From Gloeobacterales cyanobacterium (GTDB lineage: Bacteria > Cyanobacteriota > Cyanobacteriia > Gloeobacterales > PMM-0068), in assembly GCA_038245785.1 (NCBI GenBank), contig JBBRSB010000019.1, positions 1-64,000 of the forward strand: a DNA stretch of 64,000 bases, in the 5' to 3' direction. Positions 58,354-64,000 of this stretch are shown here, piece after piece. Numbering within the stretch: position 1 is the stretch's first letter; the number at the start of each line of letters is the position of its first letter. A model generated the notes under the pieces. The model was not told where the DNA came from, ran no database searches, and saw only the letters and a program-made list of their open reading frames with translations. Made by a program: the position numbers and the translations under genes.

Positions 58354-61128
58354 TTACTTCGCTTCCTTCCAGTTCACACCAGCATTGATATCCACATTAA
58401 GCGGAACGGATAAAGTTACGGCCTGTTCCATACAGGTGCGAATCAAGGTTTGCACTTCTTCCCATTCCGCTTTCGGGACCTCGAAAACCAATTCATCATG
58501 GACTTGGAGAAGCAGTCTAGATTGATAGGGCTTTAAGGCTTTATGGACATGCAGCATCGCTATTTTAATAATGTCAGCCGCTGTGCCTTGGATGGGGGCA
58601 TTAATAGCAGCACGCAGGAGGGCAAGACGTTGATTGGTGGGTTGTTTGGCTAGATTGTGAAAGTAGCGACGACGCCCGAAAATAGTTTCTACGTATTCCT
58701 TCTCCAAAGCCATTTTTTCTGTTTGTTTTAGATAGGCAAAGACCTTGGGATAGCGTTCATAGAAACCATCCACGAACTTTTTGGCATCTGCTCGATTGAC
58801 ACCTGCTTCTCGAGCGAAACGGTCTGATCCCATGCCATAGATAACCCCATAGTTCAGGGTTTTACCAAGACGACGTTCTTCTTTGGTAACTTCTGATTTT
58901 TCAAACAAAAGTTTAGCCGTCAAGGCATGAACATCCTCTCCTGTATTAAAAGCTTGGACAAGCGGCATTTCCTGACTGACATGAGCCAAAATTCGAAACT
59001 CAATCTGAGAATAATCCGCTGAAACCAAAAGCCAATTTTCTTCTGGAATAAAGGCAGAACGAACACGACGAGAAAATTCCGTGCGGATTGGAATATTCTG
59101 TAAATTTGGATGAGAAGAACTCAGTCTTCCAGTTGTGGTTATCGTTTGATTGAAATCTGTGTGCACGCGATGCGTTTTAGGATTGACCAGTTCCGGCAAA
59201 GCATCGACATAGGTAGATTTGAGTTTAGAAAGTGTGCGATTTTCTAGAATCGTGTCAATAAGAGGATGGTCTCCTTGGAGCTTTTCTAAGACTTGTACAT
59301 TGGTGGAATAGCCTAGGGTCGTTTTTTTGGATTTGCGGCTATCTAGTTTTAATTTCTCAAAGAGAATATCGCTGAGCTGTTTAGGCGAGTTGAGATTAAA
59401 CGGTTCTCCTACTAGTTCATAAGCTCGCTCTTCTAAGGTCTTCAAATCACGGGTTAATTCTTCTGACAGTTGGGCCAGATAGACTTTATCGATACGGATA
59501 CCCTGCCATTCCATATCGGCCAGAACAGGCTCCAGCGGAAGTTCCAGCGTATTGTAGAGTTTTTCGAGGGTGGGAGACTGGGCTAGTTCTGCTTTGAGTA
59601 AAGGAACTAGCTTTTGGGTACATACCGCATCCATGCCACAGTAATGAGCAGCATCGGTAATGGGAACTTCCGCAATCGTTTTTTTCTTGCCCACCAATCC
59701 TTCATAGGAAGGCATCGTCGTTTTGAGATAGCGGAGGGACAGGGCTGCTAAGTTGTGTTCTGCTTCTGGATTGAGGGTGTAGCTAGCGAGCATCGGATCA
59801 AAGACAACCCCCTGTAGATTAACCTCATGGTTCAGCAATATAAGTCGGTCATACTTGGCATTTTGGAAGGCCTTAGGAACATTAATATCTTCTAGAAAAG
59901 GACTCAAGGCTGCGAGCGATGCAGGATAATTTTGGCCTTCTAGATGTCCAATCGGAAAGTAGTAGGCTTGTTCATCTTGCCAAGAACAACCGATTCCAAC
60001 GAGTTGGGCCTGACGAACATCCAGGCTCGTTGTTTCTGTATCAAAGGCGAGGATGGTTTCTGAAGGTAAGGCTTTTAACGCGGTCAAGAACTGGGCTAAT
60101 TTTTCAGCACTGTCTACCACAGTGACCTGGATATCTAATCGAGCTTGGTCTTGGAATCCAAACCAAAGCTCATCATCTGCGGCCTCTTGGCGATCCATTT
60201 CTTCTTGTTGCTCACTGCCCTTGGAAAAGGCTGTTTGCAGTCGTTTAACCTGACGCAGAAAAGAGGTAAATTCTAGGTTTTCCAAGAGAGGTCGTACATC
60301 TTCTTCTTGGAATCCAGTCAATCTGCACTGGTCTACATCTGCAACCATCGGGGCATCCCGATGAATGGTGGCCATCCAGTAAGAATGCTGAGCTGCATCT
60401 TCGCCTGCTTCGAGCTTGGTTTTGGTGGCTCCTTTGATCTCCTTAATATGTTTATAAATCTCTGCTAAAGAATTGTATTCTTCGAGCAGTTTGATCGCTG
60501 TTTTTGCCCCAATGCCTTTGACCCCAGGAATATTGTCAGAGGTGTCTCCACAAAGGGCTTTGTAGTCCACAACTTGTTCTGGCCAGACGCCCAATTTCTC
60601 TTTTACTTGTTCAGGACCAAATTCTCGGATGCCTGGCTGCTGCGTGCTCTGATAGAGGACTCGGATATTGCCTTCTCGGTCCACGAGTTGGAATAAGTCT
60701 TGGTCCCCACTCAGCAGTTTTACTCGATAGCCCGCCTGTACGCCTTGCATGGCAAGACTTCCTAAGAGATCATCCGCTTCATAGCCGGGCAATTCCATGC
60801 GCGGAATTTGGAGAGCGGAGAGGATTTCTTTGAGGTTTTGCAGGTCGTCAATGAACTCCTGTGGGGTTTCGGCCCGTCCGGCTTTGTAGGTATCGTCCAC
60901 ATCATGGCGGAACGTGGGCATCCGCGTATCAAAGGCGACCGCTGCCGCTTTCGGCTGCTCTTTCTCCAAGACTTCCAGCAGTGCTTTCAAAAAGCCATAG
61001 CAAACACTGGTTGGGATACCTTTAGAGGTCCGCAAACCACCTTCAGATCCTCTTAAATAGGCATAAAAAGACCGATAGGCCAGGGAATGCCCATCTACTA
61101 AGAGGAAGGTGTCTTTGGTGTCTGTCAT
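58354..61128 (-). CDS. polA: DNA polymerase I
   Basis: LLVDGHSLAYR, EADD, GD.SDNIPGV.GIG.KTA, DTETT, ADYSQIE.R, LQVHDEL. Confidence 0.98.
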   Translation of the reverse strand: MTDTKDTFLLVDGHSLAYRSFYAYLRGSEGGLRTSKGIPTSVCYGFLKALLEVLEKEQPKAAAVAFDTRMPTFRHDVDDTYKAGRAETPQEFIDDLQNLKEILSALQIPRMELPGYEADDLLGSLAMQGVQAGYRVKLLSGDQDLFQLVDREGNIRVLYQSTQQPGIREFGPEQVKEKLGVWPEQVVDYKALCGDTSDNIPGVKGIGAKTAIKLLEEYNSLAEIYKHIKEIKGATKTKLEAGEDAAQHSYWMATIHRDAPMVADVDQCRLTGFQEEDVRPLLENLEFTSFLRQVKRLQTAFSKGSEQQEEMDRQEAADDELWFGFQDQARLDIQVTVVDSAEKLAQFLTALKALPSETILAFDTETTSLDVRQAQLVGIGCSWQDEQAYYFPIGHLEGQNYPASLAALSPFLEDINVPKAFQNAKYDRLILLNHEVNLQGVVFDPMLASYTLNPEAEHNLAALSLRYLKTTMPSYEGLVGKKKTIAEVPITDAAHYCGMDAVCTQKLVPLLKAELAQSPTLEKLYNTLELPLEPVLADMEWQGIRIDKVYLAQLSEELTRDLKTLEERAYELVGEPFNLNSPKQLSDILFEKLKLDSRKSKKTTLGYSTNVQVLEKLQGDHPLIDTILENRTLSKLKSTYVDALPELVNPKTHRVHTDFNQTITTTGRLSSSHPNLQNIPIRTEFSRRVRSAFIPEENWLLVSADYSQIEFRILAHVSQEMPLVQAFNTGEDVHALTAKLLFEKSEVTKEERRLGKTLNYGVIYGMGSDRFAREAGVNRADAKKFVDGFYERYPKVFAYLKQTEKMALEKEYVETIFGRRRYFHNLAKQPTNQRLALLRAAINAPIQGTAADIIKIAMLHVHKALKPYQSRLLLQVHDELVFEVPKAEWEEVQTLIRTCMEQAVTLSVPLNVDINAGVNWKEAK

Positions 61129-61216
61129 GAAGAAAACCGGATGCTCTACCTATTGTGTCCCGTCACAGTACAGGGAGCATGACAAAGTGTCTACGCAGAG
61201 ACAGTCTGGCTCACAA

Positions 61217-62380
61217 TTACGGCAACACTTTTTGCAGAGCCTCTAAAAGTTTATCTACGCTTTCCTTGCGGCTGTTAAAGCCCATCAGTCCGATGCGCCA
61301 AACCCGACCAGAGAGTTCACCGAGACCGCCGCCGATTTCAATGTTATAGTCACGCAGCAATCGCTGGGAAACAGCCTTTCCATCTACAACCTCTGGGATA
61401 CGGACGGTGGTTAAAGTTGGCAGTCGGAATTCTTTTTCTACATGCAAGGTGAGTCCTAAATCTTCTAACCCTGCCCAGAGATACTCTACGTTTTGCTGAT
61501 GACGCTGCCAGCAGTTCTCCAGCCCTTCTTCTGCCACTAGGCGCAGCGCTTCCCGCAGGCCATAGTACAGATTAATCGGCGCTGTATGGTGATAGGTTCG
61601 CTCATTACCCCAGTACTTGCTGAGCAAAGACATATCGAGATACCAATTGGCTACCTTGGTGCGACGCTTCTGCAACTTCTCCATCGCTCGCGGACCCATC
61701 GTGAACGGCGAAGCTCCTGGAGCACAGCCCAGGCCTTTCTGGCTGCAGCTATAGGCCAAATCAACGCCCCACTCATCCAGGAATAAAGGGACTCCCCCTA
61801 GACTTGTGACCGTGTCTAGCAGTAACAGACAGTCATATTCCCGACATAAATCACTCACTCCATCTAGAGGTTGACGGGCTCCGGTAGAAGTTTCCGCATG
61901 CACCAAAGCCAGAATATTGGGGCGATGCGTTTCAAAAGCGGTGCGCAGTTCACTCAGCGAAAAAACCTGTCCCCAGGGCTTGGTGATCGTTTGCACCTCT
62001 GCTCCATAGCGTCCTGCCATATCGACCAGACGGTTCCCGAAATAGCCTGCCGCCCCGACCAAAAACACGTCACCTGGTTCTGTGATATTAGCAATGGTGG
62101 CCTCCATCGCTGCGCTTCCCGTTCCGCTTACCGCAATAGTCAAAGCATTCTCTGTCTGCCAGACATAGCGCAACAAGGACTGAATTTCATCCATGATCGA
62201 TAAGAAAGCTGGGTCCAAGTGCCCAAGCAGCGGAGTATTCATGGCCTGGAGAACCGCAGGATGGACATTGGAAGGCCCCGGTCCCATTAAGAGTCGGGTC
62301 GGCACTTCGAGGGGAGTGAGGTTTAAGCGCTGATGATTATTGATAGAGCGTGTTTGCATCATTATTTTCTCTCCTGGCAT
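61217..62380 (-). CDS. Alanine--glyoxylate aminotransferase family (class V PLP)
   Basis: LMGPGPS, HAETSTG, SCSQKGL, YHHTAP. Confidence 0.94.
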   Translation of the reverse strand: MPGEKIMMQTRSINNHQRLNLTPLEVPTRLLMGPGPSNVHPAVLQAMNTPLLGHLDPAFLSIMDEIQSLLRYVWQTENALTIAVSGTGSAAMEATIANITEPGDVFLVGAAGYFGNRLVDMAGRYGAEVQTITKPWGQVFSLSELRTAFETHRPNILALVHAETSTGARQPLDGVSDLCREYDCLLLLDTVTSLGGVPLFLDEWGVDLAYSCSQKGLGCAPGASPFTMGPRAMEKLQKRRTKVANWYLDMSLLSKYWGNERTYHHTAPINLYYGLREALRLVAEEGLENCWQRHQQNVEYLWAGLEDLGLTLHVEKEFRLPTLTTVRIPEVVDGKAVSQRLLRDYNIEIGGGLGELSGRVWRIGLMGFNSRKESVDKLLEALQKVLP

Positions 62381-62460
62381 AAAAGTGATCCTAAAGGCTG
62401 GTTGCGCGTCCGTAAAACTAATGAAAGAATTTGAAACCCTAACGATGTTTTAGTCTAAAC

Positions 62461-63018
62461 GTGATGAGCACTCCATACAAACCGACGAAAGAGGAGATTT
62501 GCGCTGCCTTTGGTAAAACCATTCCAGATATCATTGATCCCAATCTGCACGTATTATTCTGTGGCATTAACCCTAGCCTCTATAGTGTGGCCGTAGGGCA
62601 TCATTTTGCCCGTCCAGGCAATCGTTTCTGGCCGACGCTCCAGGCAGCAGGCTTTACAGAGCGTCTCCTCACTCCCTTTGAGGATAGTGCGCTTTTGGAA
62701 CAAGGCTATGGACTGACCAATATTGCAGACCGAGCAACGGCAAGAGCTGATCAATTAGATAGGCAGGAACTGATAACCGGACAGCAACAGTTGTTAGAAA
62801 AAGTGCAGTATTATCGCCCTCAGATTCTTGCAGTACTAGGCATTGGAGCTTACCGTGCAGCCTTCAACAGGCCCAAAGCTATGTTAGGTCAGCAGGATGA
62901 GTTCATTGGCGATGCCATCATCTGGGTCCTGCCCAACCCCAGCGGATTGAATGCCCATTACCAAAAAGAAGATCTCAAACAGGTATATCAAGAGCTAAGG
63001 GGGTTCAGTGAAAAGTAA
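62461..63018 (+). CDS. mug: G/U mismatch-specific DNA glycosylase
   Basis: LFCGINP, HHFARPGNRFW, LPNPSGLN. Confidence 0.93.
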   Translation: MMSTPYKPTKEEICAAFGKTIPDIIDPNLHVLFCGINPSLYSVAVGHHFARPGNRFWPTLQAAGFTERLLTPFEDSALLEQGYGLTNIADRATARADQLDRQELITGQQQLLEKVQYYRPQILAVLGIGAYRAAFNRPKAMLGQQDEFIGDAIIWVLPNPSGLNAHYQKEDLKQVYQELRGFSEK

Positions 63019-63051
63019 GGCTTAAGATAGTGCTTAGCGCATAAGTATTAG

Positions 63052-63128
63052 AGAGCCCACCAGCAAAAGAGCAACTTTAATCTGTCAGCAGCCATACCCC
63101 CCTTTTTTGAGGGGGAACGGGGGGCTCT
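63052..63128. repeat. 77-bp dispersed element (MITE/REP-like), copy B
   Basis: agagcccacc...ggggggctct termini; aligns without gaps to 17410-17486. Confidence 0.6.
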
Positions 63129-63151
63129 TTATGCAGTCTCCCCCATTCAGC

Positions 63152-63511
63152 CTACAAACCTAGTTTTTCTCGAATCACAGCTTCATCTCTGAAACCGACT
63201 GACACAGCCATTCCATCTTTGACAAATAGAGGGCGTCTCAAGAGCATTGCATCCTGAGCAAACGCTGCAATCCATTGCGAAGCGGTCCAATCATTCTTTT
63301 CTTCACCCAGGGCTCGATAGGATTGACCTGAGGTATTGCGCATATATTTTGCGCCCAAGGAGCCTACCCAATTTCCAATCATTTCCTTTGCTGGGGGATG
63401 CTCCTTAGTATTCACAAATTCATAGTCAATACTGTTATCTTCAAGCCACTTAAAAGCTTTTTTGCAAGTGCCACAAGTAGGTATTCCATAAACCTGAATA
63501 GCCATCATCAT
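63152..63511 (-). CDS. ArsC/Spx-MgsR family protein
   Basis: YGIPTCGTCKKA, NTSGQSYR, LL.RP. Confidence 0.9.
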   Translation of the reverse strand: MMMAIQVYGIPTCGTCKKAFKWLEDNSIDYEFVNTKEHPPAKEMIGNWVGSLGAKYMRNTSGQSYRALGEEKNDWTASQWIAAFAQDAMLLRRPLFVKDGMAVSVGFRDEAVIREKLGL

Positions 63512-63537
63512 TTCCTTCTCTTTCTATAAAGATAAGG

Positions 63538-64000
63538 CTAAACCAATCCAGCCAAAATATTGACACTAAGTGCCAGAATTACCGTATTAAAAGCAAAAGA
63601 TAAAACGCCGTGGATCAGGGCAAGACGACGCATAGAAGGGGAAGTTATCTGGACATCGGAGACTTGTGAAGTCATTCCTACTACAAAAGAGAAGTACGCA
63701 AAATCTAAATAATTAGGGGGCTCTTTTCCTGGAAAATCTAATCCTCCAGCCTCTTCATGGTCCATCTCTGTATTTAACATCCCTGCTCGATAGTAGCGAT
63801 GGGCATAGTGCAGCGTAAACACGGTGTGGGCCAGAAGCCAGGAACAGATAATGGCAAGAATAGAGACGATTAGATGCCCCACCATGTCCGCTTTCGGAAC
63901 GCCCTGCGTGTTAAGCCCTACCGCAACAAGACTGATGGTATCGGCGATAAGCACCAAAGCCAAGATCGCTGGCCCGCTCTGGTCTTCTTGGGCAGCCCGC
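63538..64000 (-). CDS. DUF1345 membrane protein (5' end lies beyond the window)
   Basis: W...HT.F.LHYA..YY, P.Y.DFAYFSF.VGMT.QVSDV. Confidence 0.88.
   Translation of the reverse strand, partial: RAAQEDQSGPAILALVLIADTISLVAVGLNTQGVPKADMVGHLIVSILAIICSWLLAHTVFTLHYAHRYYRAGMLNTEMDHEEAGGLDFPGKEPPNYLDFAYFSFVVGMTSQVSDVQITSPSMRRLALIHGVLSFAFNTVILALSVNILAGLV

Noticed and set aside
62385..62414. GTGATCC...CGTA upstream of mug as a fifth ECF promoter
   Set aside because: Spacer is 19 nt instead of 16 and the downstream CAGA is missing; other GTGATCC hits near 33660, 50527 and 55581 lack CGTA at the right distance

Overview
A 64-kb chromosomal segment from a cyanobacterium, judged by SLH porins, a sterol-desaturase/SDR fusion, YlqD, sulfiredoxin, Mo-nitro_C and cyanobacterial-type MetH/RecG. 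It is probably an early-branching lineage such as Gloeobacterales: this is an inference from an Rrf2-sufBCDSU-sufT operon in place of sufR-sufBCDS and from no HIP1 sites noticed by eye. Most of the window is housekeeping: suf, murC/murB, yqeK-rsfS, queC-recG, gatA, tsaD, larE, an M16 protease pair, metH, a group-2 sigma, srx-dps, polA, agt and mug. There are three accessory zones. (1) 1-6.5 kb: a HEPN-motif gene with integron-cassette-like scars, an ECF sigma/RskA pair and a secreted beta-trefoil protein. (2) 34.9-46.3 kb: an Rpn gene, a degenerate tsaD copy and an AT-rich wzm/wzt-glycosyltransferase-methyltransferase island. (3) 50.6-51.4 kb: hicBA and an orphan AbrB antitoxin. The strongest unexplained signal is a self-contained ECF regulon at 2.1-5.6 kb. 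Four copies of GTGATCY-N15-GCGTA-N7-CAGA sit in front of the sigma itself and three divergent transcription units. The motif matches the singlet-oxygen-type sigmaE promoter consensus but is paired with a membrane RskA-type anti-sigma. Also notable: Yfr1-complementary sites at both porins and murC, a structured porin leader, a 77-bp dispersed element with a covarying stem, and an internal RBS/ATG in the Rpn gene. No rRNA, tRNA or CRISPR array was seen. All calls were made by eye, with no database searches.
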